Below the pieces are notes generated by a model. The model made no database searches, was not told the origin of the DNA, and worked only from the letters and a program-made list of their open reading frames with translations. A stretch of DNA of 64,000 bases from Tubiluchus corallicola (taxonomy: Eukaryota > Animalia > Priapulida): contig JAQGDQ010000921.1 of assembly GCA_030141605.1 (NCBI GenBank), forward strand, positions 16,299-80,298. The letters are read 5' to 3'. Positions 13,887 through 27,313 of the stretch are shown here, piece after piece. Each line of letters opens with the position of its first letter. The stretch's first letter is position 1. Both the position numbers and the translations under genes were made by a program.

Positions 13887-14466
13887 TTATGGTCTTATAT
13901 AACTGCTTTTTACTCTGTGCCTTGTATAAGCCTTTAAATTAGGGAGAGGCATTTTGTACAAGTAGTTTTCTTGAACCTATTGGGGAAATTATATTCCGAT
14001 GCAAACGTGAACTTGGTATTTTTCACGTTGCATTTAGTACAGTTTCGTTTTGCTTGAATTTTGTGCTAGCTTTACACACGTGCAGGGAAGCCAGGGTAGT
14101 GATAATAGAACTTGTTTTACACATAGCCTTACGGCCAGCAAGCATAGATAGTTTTATTAACTGGCTGGCAATAATAATTTGACCCAGAAAAGTAAAATTA
14201 GTAAATCAGCCTGTAGCATAGTGATTATAATGTTGTACAGAAATTGTTCATGTTCACTTTGCATGGTTGTAACATTTACCTGGTAGCGTATGCTCACTTC
14301 TTGACTTATTGAAGTTTTGATTTGCTCTTTATAAGCGTTAATGCCTATATTTTACTAATCTAGTTGTTAACTGAACAGTGCTGTTAGTTTTTGCACATAA
14401 CTTTGACAACTTTGAAGTCATTTCTTTGAACATTTGTTCTTTTGCTTACGTAACATTTATGTTATC

Positions 14467-15751
14467 ATGGCTAGTGAACTTTTTACAGCTGAAGAGTTGC
14501 ATAAAATGATCAAGGGTGAATTATTTGACATAGCAGGTGACATGGGTTTGGCTATAGACCCAAAAGCCAGAAAAGAAAACATTATGCAATTAATTCTTGA
14601 AACACAACAGATTTCAATTCCATATCCACTTGATTTTGCACTGTCAAATATGCAATCATTATTAAATTCAGCAGAGCCAGCAAATGCAGCGACAGGTGTT
14701 GCAGGTCACATAGGATTTGATGGGGCTGATTAGTTCTACTCCTAAAGCAGTCCCAAATAAAGTTGTAGAATTTAAGGCTTTCAGCTCACCTACTGCATCA
14801 ATTTGCCTGAATTTGATCCATTTGCAGTTCAATAACCAGTTAAAATGCCTGTGCATGCGAATGCGCAGCCTGATATTAAATTATCAGAACGTTAACTGAA
14901 AATTAAACACCAAGAGCTGATCTTAGAAACACAAAAAATTGGGCTGGAAAAACTAAAGTTGCAAATGCAGACGACGTCTAACGTAGTAAACAATTTGCAA
15001 ACAACAGTAAATGCTACACAAGACAAAAGCACAATAATCAAATTCAGAAATTTTGATGAAGAAAACAGAAGACATCTTGTCGTTTGTAGATGAATTCGAA
15101 ATCTGTATGCGAGTCAACAAAGTCCCAATTGCGCAGTATGTTCCTAACTTGGCTAGAGTTCTGTCGGGTCGTGCTGCCTTAGTTTGCAAGATGTTGATCA
15201 GTCTCAAATATTCAATTATGATGTTGCTAAGGTGCAAACTTTGAATGCATACAAATTGTCGAAGGATGCATATCGCACGGCATTCAGAAACATATTTAAA
15301 CTGAAAAAGGAAACGCACAGAAGTTACTTTAACAGAGTGCGGAAAGCGGGCATGCCATGGCTTAAAGTAGCGAATGCAGAATCCAAAGAGCAAATTGGAG
15401 ACCTCTTCTTCCTTGAACAAGCATTGTCTAAGCTCCCAGAAGACATGGTTTCTTATCTTCGTAGGCTAGCTCACATGTCATACTTAGAAATAGCGGAGCA
15501 AGCAGACTATTGGAGCTCATTTAATGATGCAGCAGTTTTGCAGAAAAATGAATTATCTAAAAGGACACATGGCAATGCTAAAAACAATGAGTCGGATCAT
15601 GAATCACAGGGCTAAATGTTACCATTGTGGGAAAACAGGACATGTGAAACTCGACTGCCCAGTGAAAAAGCAAGAGTCCACACAAGCTTTTCAAAATGAC
15701 TCAAAGAAGAAGCAAAAACCTAGAGGTGATTTCAAGAAACAATCCTTGTGA
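14467..15751 (+). pseudogene. gag: Gypsy (Gmr1-like) gag with SCAN-like capsid C-terminal domain and CCHC knuckle, frameshifted
   Basis: ORF pieces MASELF..., FEICMR...LSGRAA, LNAYKLSKDAYRTAFR...LFFLEQALSKLPEDMVSYL (SCAN-like) and KCYHCGKTGHVKLDCP. Confidence 0.85.
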
Positions 15752-16769
15752 CTCCATTGTCTATAGGTAATGTACTATGATTCACAATGTCATGAAAAGC
15801 AGGCACGACCGCCCTATAAACAAGGTGTAACACGTGGTTCTGGGGTTCTCTAGTGTTAGATAATTTACTACTAGAATCCTGGAGTCGGGCTAAGGCTTTG
15901 TTGTTTCATACGGGGGCACGCGGAACCCGAGCCTAGGAGTCTTAATGAGCCAGTAATATTCGATGGTAGATAGAATACCAAACCAACTATTAAGCTATAT
16001 ATAACAAAATTTAATTGATTACTACTTTAACGGGATATTAACCAGGAGAAAAGAAATAGTTAACAATAACAATCAATCAGAGTACAGCAAATAAGCAAAT
16101 ATATTCTCTAGTCTAATAATAGAGAGGGGAGGTGTTAGTGGGGGCAGCACGTGCAAATGATGATGCACTCTTGATGACGACAATCCAACGATGACCATAT
16201 ACAAACAGAATAATGCTAGCTAACAAACGCTGAGCAAAAGTACAAAAGTCTTGGCTTACCAGACACTTCATGAACATCATGTGAAACGGCAGCTGCTAAC
16301 CTGTGGGGTAACATCCATGGATTTACCAACTATGGTTTGCTCCACCAACAATGGACTGTCCACCATAAACTTTAGCGTGACTTCAGGTTTGAACGAATAA
16401 TCGGAAAATGACGGTAACGGTAACCACCTCATCAAACCAAAACAACGTACTCGACATAGACAAGTCAGCACTGTAAACAATGGCTGTTGACAGAAGAAAC
16501 AGCGACGTCCACTGCACGAAAAACATCGATGATGTTAATCGACATTTCTGACTGTCTTTTCACAGACATGTGAAGATCAAACGATGGTCATTTTACGTGA
16601 CCTAGGTCTTTCAATAACCGCCGACTGACTGCCAGGTTGCACGTCTCAGGCTATAGCTGTAAAGTATGTATCATGTACACTTCATACCTGTACGGGTTTC
16701 GCACATTTGAAATAAGCCGCGAGTATCACAAGTATTGCAGAACACAACCACAAGACGAGGGGGGAGTCG
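15747..16769 (-). mobile_element. Second Gypsy LTR copy in inverted orientation, missing ~190 bp of its 5' end
   Basis: Reverse complement of ~12865-13874, starting exactly at the LTR terminus (TGTGACTCC at 15747); scattered substitutions and a small indel. Confidence 0.9.
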
Positions 16770-16974
16770 TGTTGACAAAAACTATAACAGTAGAGAAACA
16801 GTAGAGAAAATTGGTAGCAGAGAGTAGTTGGTTTTCTGCTAATCAGTGGGCGACGATACTTGTATGCAGTCTACGCTTACCAAGAAAGAGCGATCGTTTA
16901 CTCGCTAGGACGTCTGTTTACCGGTAAATAATTTTGAACATTTTCGCAATGACTAATTATGGCTAAAACAACAA

Positions 16975-17660
16975 ATGCATAAACTGTCTCAAAGTGTTGC
17001 AAGTGGGTTGATATGTGACAGCTGTGAACGTTGGTGGTGCATAAACTGTTTAAACCTAAAGCAAGATCATGTACTAACAGAGAAACTTTATGAGGCATTA
17101 AGTAAGCTGAGCGAATTTCAATGGGCATGCGAGAAATGTTGCGAAAATAATTTACTAATTCAGCTGGTGAAATCGGGAACGTTTACTACAAAGCAGTTGT
17201 CCGAATTCGGTTGCAATGGTGACGTCATCAATGTAATTCAAGCTACGAAACCAACTGATAAGGTCGAAGTAATGTCTGACGAAAATCAAACGGAAGCCAC
17301 TTCGCTGCCAACACAGCGAAATGCTGCATCCAGGGGTCAAGTATTGCTGAATGAAACTACGTCACAGGTGAATCAACCAGCGCAGGGCGGAATCGCTGTC
17401 ACAACAAGACGTTACACTTGCAATGATGCAAATATTTCCAGAAATAAACTGAGATGCGCCTTTTATGAAAAAAGACAATCACTACAGTGACGAATGCGGG
17501 AAGGTGGTAGATTCAAAATAATAGCCAATGCTAAAAGATGCTACAAATGTTTGAGTACCCGGCACTTAATGAAAGACTGCAACAGACAGAAGCCATGTTT
17601 CCACTGCAAAAGTACCAGTCACAACTCAGCGCCCTGCGAGAAACGAGAGAAGATTTGATC
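16975..17660 (+). pseudogene. gag: BEL/Pao gag remnant: PHD finger plus triple zinc knuckle
   Basis: ICDSCERWWCINC...WACEKC (PHD); after a frameshift CAF..HYSDEC, CYKCLSTRHLMKDC and CFHCKSTSHNSAPC. Confidence 0.75.
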
Positions 17661-17757
17661 TTCCCAACATTTATCGGTACAGACAGAAACAAGCGTCACT
17701 GAAACCATAGTTAAGCAGCATGATTTCCACGTCACCTATCCAGCAGAGGAAGGCATT

Positions 17758-20025
17758 GTGATGCCAGCGTTTCCATGCATAGCAGTGAATCCGCAAACTG
17801 AAGAGGCTCGTGAAGTTTTTGTCTACGTTGATGGTGGAGCCAAACATTCAAGTATCAGCGACGAAGCAGCTTCTAGACTTAATTTGTTACGCATAAGAAG
17901 ATACAAGTTAGTAACATCACGCTTTAACACAGATGTAATAGAGGCAGTACAGTCGAGTAAAGTGAAGTTCATTCTAAAGGGGTCTAAAGATTTTAGCCTG
18001 CAAATTCAAGCTTATACAATTCCAAAGCTAGCGCCTCCATTCCAAGTAGAGCCAATTCGACTAGACGCACAAGCTTGGGAAAAAGTTCGGCAGCTAGGAC
18101 TATTGAACTTGCCACCACGAAGCAACACCCAGAGAAGAATTGATGTCATCATTGGACAAGATTTCATCAACCACATTATGGGACCAATGATTCCAGCTAC
18201 CCATATTCAGAATGATTTGTTTTGCTCATCGCAGTCCATTAGGAGATTTTCTAGCCGGAAAAACTACGATACTGGAAATGAATTACGATTCTACGCCAGT
18301 TGTCGCGCCTAATTTATTTTGCTATACTGCTATAGAAGATGTTGCAGACTCGACACAGTTAGAACAAGTAGGAATAAGCAAACAGTCTGATTTGTCACAG
18401 AAGGATCACGAAGTTATCCGGAAATTTAGAGAAACAATTGAATTCAAGCATGGGCGTTACAAAGTTGGTTTTCCATGGAAACATCCTACACAGCATTTGG
18501 TTTCGAACTATCACGTAGCAAAGAAAAGACTTGAGTCTACACTAAAGATGTTAGCTCCTAATGGATCACCAACACGTCACTACGCTACGTACAATGAAAC
18601 TATCAACAACCAGCTTCATCAAGGAATAATTGAGTTAGTTACTCAGCCTACAACAGAACGACGCTTTATACACTACATAGTGCATTTTCCAGTGATAAAC
18701 GAAAATCGTACTTCTACTCAAGTTCGCATCGTGTACGACGCTAGTGACAAGAACAAAGCTGATGGTAAAAGCTTGAACGACCTAATACATGCTGGACCAT
18801 GTCTACTTGCTAACCTGGTTGGAATTTTACTACGTTTTCGCCTGTTTGAAATTGTCATGGTAGCAGACATTGAAAAAGCGTTCCATTAAGTTTCACTAGT
18901 GGAAGCAGACAGAGATACTGTCAGATTTCTATGACTGAAAGATCCATCACAGCCTGACACAGTGGACAATATCAAAGTATATCGCTTTACCAGACTTCCA
19001 TTTGGTGTCAATGCTTCTTCATTTTTATTACTAGCTACGATACTATATCACTTACAACAAAACCCGGGAACACTAGCAAATAGACTACAACAAAATATGT
19101 ATGTGGACAATGTCATTTTAGAAGTTGTGCATGGAGAAGACCCTATGGAGATATACCAGTCAGCGAAGAACCTATTTGATATGCAGCAATGAATCTACGC
19201 CAGTGGCTGTCAAATCATCTCAAGCTTAATGAAGCTCTACCGCAATGGGACCGACAACAAGGTACTACAGTGAAAGTACTGGGAATTATTTGGGACACTG
19301 CTAATGATGTAATGAGACCACAGTACACATTTCAACCACTAGAAGTCTATACCAGAAGACTAGCAATGCAACAGCTTGCTCGACTATATGATCCGCTTGG
19401 AATCTATCTGCCAGTAACCATCAAAGGAAAGATTTTGCTACACAAAATGGCTAAACAGAAGTTCGGTCTAGATGAGCCAGTCACAGCTTCAATGGTTTTA
19501 GAGTGGCAGCAATTAGGAGAAGAACTGAAAAACATTCCACAAATAACACTTCCGCGCAGAGTCATCATGGATAGACAAGTTCCTGTTCAACTACTATGCT
19601 TCACAGAGGCCAGTAAAGATGCATATTGCGCTTGCATCTATATTCATCAACGTTTAGATAACCACGTTATATCTTCATTAGCATTTGCGAAGTCTCAAGT
19701 AGCGACATTGACAGTTAGTCAAACTCTACCACGACTAGAACTAGAAGCCGTTCTAATAGGATGCAGAATGCTTCGATTTGTAGAAAAGCAGATTGATCAA
19801 CCATTGCTAGATAAGCACTTATGGACAGATTCACAAATTGTGCTCTGTTGGATTCACTCGTCCAAAGTTTTACCACCCTATATAGAAAGACGCCGAAGTG
19901 AAATAATGTCTATGGATGATATGCAGTTTAGATACATCGACACTAATGCCAATCCTGCTGATTGGGGCACACGCAGAATCTCAGCAAAAAATTATGTGAG
20001 TGCAACTGGATTTGTGGACCGAATG
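17758..20025 (+). pseudogene. pol: BEL/Pao pol (aspartic protease, RT, RNase H), with stops and frameshifts
   Basis: VYVDGGAKHS and IDVIIGQD (protease); VRIVYDAS, ADIEKAF, RLPFGVNAS, YVDN (RT); YDPLG, TLPRLEL, WTDSQIVL, NPADWGTR (Pao RNase H region). Confidence 0.92.
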
Positions 20026-22647
20026 GTTATTTACCTATATTTCTGTGGAAACTTCTGTATCATTAAACGTTTAAAGTATATTCTACTGTTATACCTTTTG
20101 TCAACACGGAAAAATTGGTGTTCTTAAGTGTTCTTATTAGCTAATCTACATGCAACAATGCAAATTACAAAATAGTTCACTGGGGGAATTTGTCATTAAG
20201 TCACTTGCTTTAATTTTAAAATATTGATATTAAAATAATTTTACAGTTTGAGGTGTTTTTATTGATTTGAGGTAGATTCAAAATCAGTCAGTTAGACATT
20301 TTGATCAGTTAGACGTTTAAATTTTAAACTTCAGCGAAACATTCACAAAAAAGCGCGACCAGAATAGTATGAACCATAATCGTAGGGAAGGTTAATTATC
20401 ACTCCATAATTTTTGCATGAAATTCTTAATTAAACCCTTTAATAGTGTCTTATCTTTAACAATAATATCGCTAATTAGTAACGCTAATCTAAAGTTTACT
20501 TTAGTCTTTATTTGGTTGAGACAAGTTTACATTTAAATAGAGGTTACTAATTAGTTTTCCGAGTTAAACTGTAGAGTCGTGGCGTTACGAGAAGAAATTT
20601 ACTAAACTGGTAAGCCAGCCTACCATCAGAAAGATGCCTTACCAATCTTTTACCTACTGAAGTAAGCTTATGTATATATATATATATATATACAAAACAT
20701 CGAAATCCTATGTACCACTATGGAACCAAAATATAATAGCCACAAATTTTTACAATAATTACACATATTAACTTTGGTCATTAGCAAACGTCTTTTTAAT
20801 AATTAAAATAAGAATAATTACATTTAATAATGTGGTTCACAGCGAAACCGAAAAAACAAACGAATTTATTGGAATAAAATGTACAAAATAAACTAAATGA
20901 AAATGAATTAATTGAAGTTGTTATTACTGTTTCTATTAGAGGATTAAAATAAGCAAGTTGCCCACAAATATAGCAGCGCACACAAGTTTTTGCATTGAAT
21001 TACATTAAACGCAACGCAGCCACAAATTAATAAGCAAGAAATCAAAATTACTGTAATTTTCTTTGCACCGGAAAAAACAAAAACCAGGTTTTTCACATTA
21101 TGAACAAATTCACACATCTTGCATTCAAGATCAACGGTAAAAACTATTTTTCACTTCACTAAGACATTTACAATTTTACACAAATGCGAGTTCAAACACC
21201 GCATCACACACTTCACAGTTCTCTTTGCAGTGGAGTCTACGCCGCTAAATGTTGCACGGTAAAATGTTCGCTTTGGTTCAACGCCCGCAGAACTAGCAGC
21301 TACTAATCACAGCCGAAACGTTCTGGATGGTAATTTTACCTGCAGTTTAGTTTTGCTCCGCCTTAAAAAGTTTGTAAAATTCTCGCTCATAAAATTGCGA
21401 AAATAATATTAATAAATTACTTTTTGTGAGCTAAAAATTTAAAAATTTGCGACAAATAAAAAAATTGTGGCACGTTTTGATCGCCTTTTTTGTCCGCACT
21501 ATTTTTATTTTTCCATAAAACAAAAGAATCATTTTTAATTAAATGACTTTAATTCGGCTAAAATGTGGATGTTTAAAATCCACGAGTTTCATGATGGTTC
21601 GTTTGTTATGATCTATTAAAGTTTTCCTGAATATTCTAGGGTTCTGTGTTAGCGATTATAACTATAATTATTTCATTTTATTATTGCGGAAATTATTTAC
21701 TATTCTAGGTAATTTTGCTTAAAACAACATTGTCAATTAATTAGCCCAGTAATTATGCCATAATTTATGCACCATACTGATGTACCAAGTTTATGCACCA
21801 AATTACATTTAATTAGCTGAACAGTTTTTCTTTTAATTTTGCATCATGTGTAAATTTTGAAAGACTGCTGTCCAAGAGCTTTATTATTACTTTATGCACG
21901 TACATTAAAATTTATTTGACTGTTGACAAACTACTCAATTGTGAAAATTCATATAAATTGAGGTATTGACAAAAATTAAACTTAGTTAGCTAATATAAAT
22001 AGCAGATGTAATTTAAAAGGCTTAAACAATATTATGTCGTTTCTATTATGTGAAAATGTATATAATTACGTCAGCGGTAACTTATAAACGGATAAATTTC
22101 ATACGGTTTGTTTCACAATTTTGAAAATGAGTTTTATAATATTGATGCTGTATAAATTAGAATCATTCTGAGCGGAACAGATGAGACGGAATGCGATATT
22201 CGCCAGTAGATGGCAGTAAAAAACAAGGTCTCTCTTTAGTGTGATAGTTTGTTTAAAATCTTTCTTCATCCGATTTCATAGGTTGATTAATAATTTCATT
22301 AATTAACAAATATATTTACCACCCAGAAATCACGTTATATTATCAGGCGTTTGCTTTGTTTACGCTTAGCGTAATATTTTATATTGTCTTTTAATTTAGG
22401 CAAAATGTCATTTATTTGTCTCCTTTAACCCAATTTCTGAGGCTTTTTTTTTTTTATTTTTTCTGTATTTTTGTTTGAAATTCGTTTTATTTGAAGGTTT
22501 TATCTTGTTGCAGTTTTATCGTTTATTCAATTCCAATGAAACAAACTTGTGCAGTATTTATTTAATTGTGCCTTTGGAACTTTCATTACAGTCTAATGCC
22601 GAAATAATAATACGAAATCAACAAATACACAAAGATAAAAATATTGA

Positions 22648-22649
22648 AT

Positions 22650-22682
<33 letters not shown>

Positions 22683-22771
22683 AATAATAACAATAATAAT
22701 AAATAAATAAATAATAATAATAACAATAATAATAAATAATACTAATAATAATAATATTAATAATAATAATA

Positions 22772-22852
<81 letters not shown>

Positions 22853-22890
22853 TTAATAATAATAATGACAACAGAAACAACAACAACAAG
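22648..22890. repeat. Compound (AAC)n/(AAT)n microsatellite
   Basis: Direct reading. Confidence 0.95.
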
Positions 22891-23099
22891 AATTGAAATC
22901 CACGAATTTGAAACATATTTTGTAACATATATATATGTGTGTGTACCTTTATATAAATTTTATCTTCATTTTACAAATTTGTGTCATAGACGTTTCTTAT
23001 TTGTGTTTTATTTGAAATGCATTGCGCTGGTCTCCTAAGACCTAAAAGGGCCAATGAATTTATAATAGCAGAACAGAAATCACAACGTCATGACAGGTT

Positions 23100-24013
23100 A
23101 TAGCATCTCGTTATCCCTGCTTCCAAAGCTGAAGAATGAGAAACTTTGACTTTATGCCGCAGGTTTTGCATTTCAGAGGAGCTTAAGATTTCAAAGCTTT
23201 TTTGTTTACAGATCAAAGCTTCTCGTTTGAATGCAGACGCTCATTTTCTAAATGACAGGTCAATTTACAAACACGACTAGCTCATCTCAACAACAAAAGC
23301 TTCATCCAGGTCTAAGCCGATTAACTCCAAGATAATTTGCTTTAATCCTAGAAAACAGGCAGCTAGTCAGTTCAGCAGAAATTATCTATATGATATTTTA
23401 CAGGGTGAATGGCAATGATCCTAATAAGCAAAAAATTATGCTCGTAGAAATACCTAAAAATCAATGCAAGTAGAAAAACAACAAAAGCACATTCATTTTC
23501 ATAAACGCAGTCAGTAAAATAAAAAGTTACAGAATAAAAAATATTTTCTGTTAATCCGACATTCGTTGCTGCTGTGCGGCGATTATATGAAATCTGAATC
23601 TTAAAAAAAGTTTAACAATTTATGTCAGAATCATCCCTCAAGAAGTCATAAATTCGTTTTACACTTTACTAGATGTTATTGGTGTTACTGGTGTTATTAC
23701 GCAATCACCCAACAATTAAGAATGGAGCTTATAGGATTAAGTTAAGAGATTAGCATGAACACGTCACTATCGTCAGTAAATCCAATAGGGGCTATTATTC
23801 TATCCATGTTAAGGTATCAAAATTGGTTATTTTACCTTATGTGATCTTGACTATGTAAATTATAAAACGCAAACGTATGTCATGAAGAAAAAGTTGTTTA
23901 ATCGCACTGACCTGAATAATCGTGTAAAATTAGAGAGTGAACGAGAGTGTTCAGAAAACAGAGAAAGGGACAAGAAAGAGAAAAACAAAAATGTGCAAAA
24001 CGAAGAGAGAGAT

Positions 24014-24064
<51 letters not shown>

Positions 24065-24380
24065 TTGAGAGTTGGGTTGGGGTAATGACATTTAAGGATT
24101 AAGATCACGATTGTTATCAGTGTTTGGATTCTGTAAGTTGAAGAGACTCTAATCCCTCAAAGCTGTTAGCGACACAGAGCGCTTATTTTTTTCTACCTGG
24201 ATGATCACTCTGTAAAGCTAATTTTCTAAATGACAGAAATTTGCAAACACTCCGCGTGGGAAAAGCTAATCCGAGTTTAAAACTGATTTTCTTTGTGATA
24301 CGTGGCTTTAGTTTCGAAAATAGCCGCCTGGTGTCATTACACTAATCCGTTGTTTTTGGAATCTTCTTTAAAGTAAAGCG
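23100..24380 (+). repeat. Composite unit 1: motif module A + spacer + (GA)n + module B
   Basis: Colinear with 36305-37705 and 46445-48020; TAATCC/GGATTA x6, TGACAG x2, TAAGCCGATTA at 23313. Confidence 0.85.
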
Positions 24381-25171
24381 ACCTGGGAGCAGATAAAATG
24401 CGCTCTCACATTTAGACTTAAAAGAGCAATTTGGGTTTTACTTTTAAAAGAAGATACGTCATCTTCTCCCCGAATACATCCTGTATTGAAACAATAGTAA
24501 TAATATTTACTAGGAAGTATAAAATATACCGTACAGAATAAAACTTTCACAGATAAAAAACCAATTTATTATACAAACATTGTGTTTTAGCTGGTCTATG
24601 TGGTTTTTGAAATGATCAGTAATCAAATAATAAATGTAAACGACAGATTTAAACTTTAAAACATTCTAAGTGACAAAATAATATATAAAAAACCTTGTTA
24701 TAAACTATACTACTACAGCCATAAATTATAAACAAAACTCTCATTTTTTTTATTTTAAAAATCAATTTATTAACTTTAAAGGAAAACCGGACGATTGTTT
24801 AGACTCAATCTCATTTTAATTTACTGTAATTTACTGTCCAAAATACGGCAACTGAACACGTATTTGCAAGTACGTAATTCAAACTTGTTGCTACAAGTGT
24901 TTTCGTTCTCATGAAATGTTTTTAGTTTTTTTAAAATAATAATTGCTTTTATTGGTGATGTTCTTCTTTTATTAAAAACGCAAAAGTGATTTTGGCTCAT
25001 CAGAATTGTGCGCATTCCAACACTATTGGTGGACTTAATAAATAAAATTACAGTCTATGCTCAAAAGTTTTTAATCATCCGCCGTTTGATGCCGCCAGCG
25101 TAGCCGCTTAGCGGAAAAACGAAATACGAAACTATAGACTGTTTTGTCATTTCCTTTTCCTTCATTTTGCT

Positions 25172-25430
25172 ACGATGGTGTCACAAAGCACACTGCGCAT
25201 GATCACGGTCATTCCACACAGCGCGCTTTGTCTACACACTCTGATGGCGTCACAGAGCACACTGCGCATGATCACGGTCATTCCACACAGCGCGCTTTGT
25301 CTACACGCTTTGATGGCATCACAGAGCACACTGCGCATGATCACGGTCATTCCACACAGCGCGCTTTGTCTACACGCTTTGATGGCATCACAGAGCACAC
25401 TGCGCATGATCACGGTCATTCCACACAGCG
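25172..25430. repeat. 69-bp tandem repeat, ~3.8 copies
   Basis: Unit GATGGCATCACAGAGCACACTGCGCATGATCACGGTCATTCCACACAGCGCGCTTTGTCTACACGCTTT. Confidence 0.95.
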
Positions 25431-26522
25431 AGATCTGCAACGTTTTAAATTGTTTACCGATTTTAGTAATCAAAATTTAATTAGAATCTGCATAAACTGA
25501 ATGCAACTCTGACTCTGAAGCATGCCATGAATTTATTTATTAATTTTCTAAAGTTTATTTCACTACATAAAAATGTCATATAAAAGTTAAAAATCATCGT
25601 AAAAACTAAGAAATACTACATGTGATGCACAGTTAAAAGTGCTACGAAAATATGTAAAACATAATATAATAAAAACATTATGTGAAATTTAAAAAAAAGA
25701 ATCAGTTAAAAACCAGCAGTTACTACATCAACAAATCCTGCCATTTTCTAAATATTCGACTATAAATATAAAATTGCACATCAGTTTGATTGCTTCTATA
25801 TTTTACAATAAAATTTGCTGATCCATTCATTCTTGTTCTTAAACTATAGGCAGGGTGACGTAACAGTAATTAAAATGGTCTATATTATTTTCTACACATG
25901 TTGTACTATTGCTAGCTTGAGTTGCTCTGTTCTAATACCCCCCCCCCCCTAGAAACTACACGCTTTGATGCGTCACACAGCAAACTACGTGCTGCGGTTT
26001 ATGCGGAATGCATAGCGCGAACTTGCGCAAAACTTTCCTTAGTAAAATAGTTTCTGTTTTTGCGCTAGAGATTTTAAACGTTAAAATTGTTTGCAATTAA
26101 TGATTTTAATAAACAAAATTTAATTTAAATCTGCAACTCTGACTGTAAAGTATGCGCGTGAATTTATTTATTTATTATCTAAAGTTTGAAAATTAATGCC
26201 ATAAGAAAGTTAAATTTTACACTAAACACTAAGAAATATTTCATGTGCAATTAAAACATGTTACGAAAATTTACAAAAAAAATATAATAAAACATATGCA
26301 AAATTTAAAAAACAAAGAATTAGTTAAGAAACCAGCAGTTACTTCATCAATAAGACAGGCCGTCTTTTAAATATTTACTCTAAAATTGCACATCAGTTTG
26401 GTTGCATTTATAAGTTACAATAAAATTTGCTGGTCCAATCATTCTCGTTCTTAAACTAGGCAGAGTGACGTAACAGTACTTAAAAATGTTCTATATTATT
26501 TTCTACACATGTTGTACTATTG
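25370..26522 (+). repeat. Diverged ~550-bp direct duplication (25370-25912 / 25956-26522)
   Basis: Both copies start CTACACGCTTTGATG and end TTCTACACATGTTGTACTATTG, with colinear interiors. Confidence 0.8.
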
Positions 26523-27222
26523 TAGAATTGTTCACTAGAATGGCATGATATGTGCTATTCTTGTTTCCTCAGTGGTTAATATTTGCAATAATTCTTCACT
26601 CTCATCCATAATAAGATGATGTAGATGCTATATTATTACAGTAGAGAAAGCTTGTGTCTTATCTTGTAGTGAATATAATTGCAGTAGCAATTAGTAGCAA
26701 TGCCTTTAAATTATAAAATGCTGCAGGAAAAAATGGGAAATACGAGCCTGTATTGATTCCAAGAATTTTTTCTGCCGCATATGCACTGTAACATTCTCTA
26801 TACAAATTTCAATCATATTTGTTTTTACCTCATATCCATAGTTCTAATTTTTTTTCTATTATCTGCTTTTAATATGCAGTTTTGTATGTGGAAATAGATA
26901 GATTTATAAATCATCAATTTTTCAAGCTTTTGACAAACGTTTATTAACTTTTACAAAAAAAATGGTAAAAAACATACTGTTATAATACAGAATAAATGTT
27001 TTTGAACTCAACAGATAGCAGCACTAAGTGAGATCAGCTTAATAGTCGCGCAGTTTTACCGTCCTCACGTGTTTGATCGACGTGCATCATTGAGTTCAGT
27101 TCACGGCAAGCAGCAACCAGGTAAATACAAGCGCACGTCCAGAGAAACGAAAAAAAATCAAAATTAGTTTAAATTCACAGTTTTATTTCAGTCTTAAAAA
27201 TATAAAAGGTATAACAAAAAAA

Positions 27223-27244
27223 AAATAATAATAGTAGTAGTAAC

Positions 27245-27311
<67 letters not shown>
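27223..27311. repeat. (AAT)n microsatellite
   Basis: Direct reading. Confidence 0.95.

Positions 27312-27313
<2 letters not shown>

Larger units (their letters stand above)
16770..20025 (+). mobile_element. BEL/Pao LTR retrotransposon, LTR nearly absent, truncated before integrase
   Basis: PBS TGGTAGCAGAG (16812-16822, initiator-Met tRNA complement), then PHD, three Cys/His knuckles, protease, RT and RNase H. Confidence 0.9.

Noticed and set aside
12678-16769. DIRS-like or DNA transposon with long ITRs
   Set aside because: The repeat has TG...CA LTR ends, a tRNA PBS and a Gypsy gag; no tyrosine recombinase or transposase is present.
21185-21210. tRNA or B-box (GAGTTCAAAC)
   Set aside because: No T-stem pairing, cloverleaf or A-box found.
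25144-25500. His-rich repeat protein
   Set aside because: The 69-bp repeat is open in several frames on both strands, with no start context or splice support.
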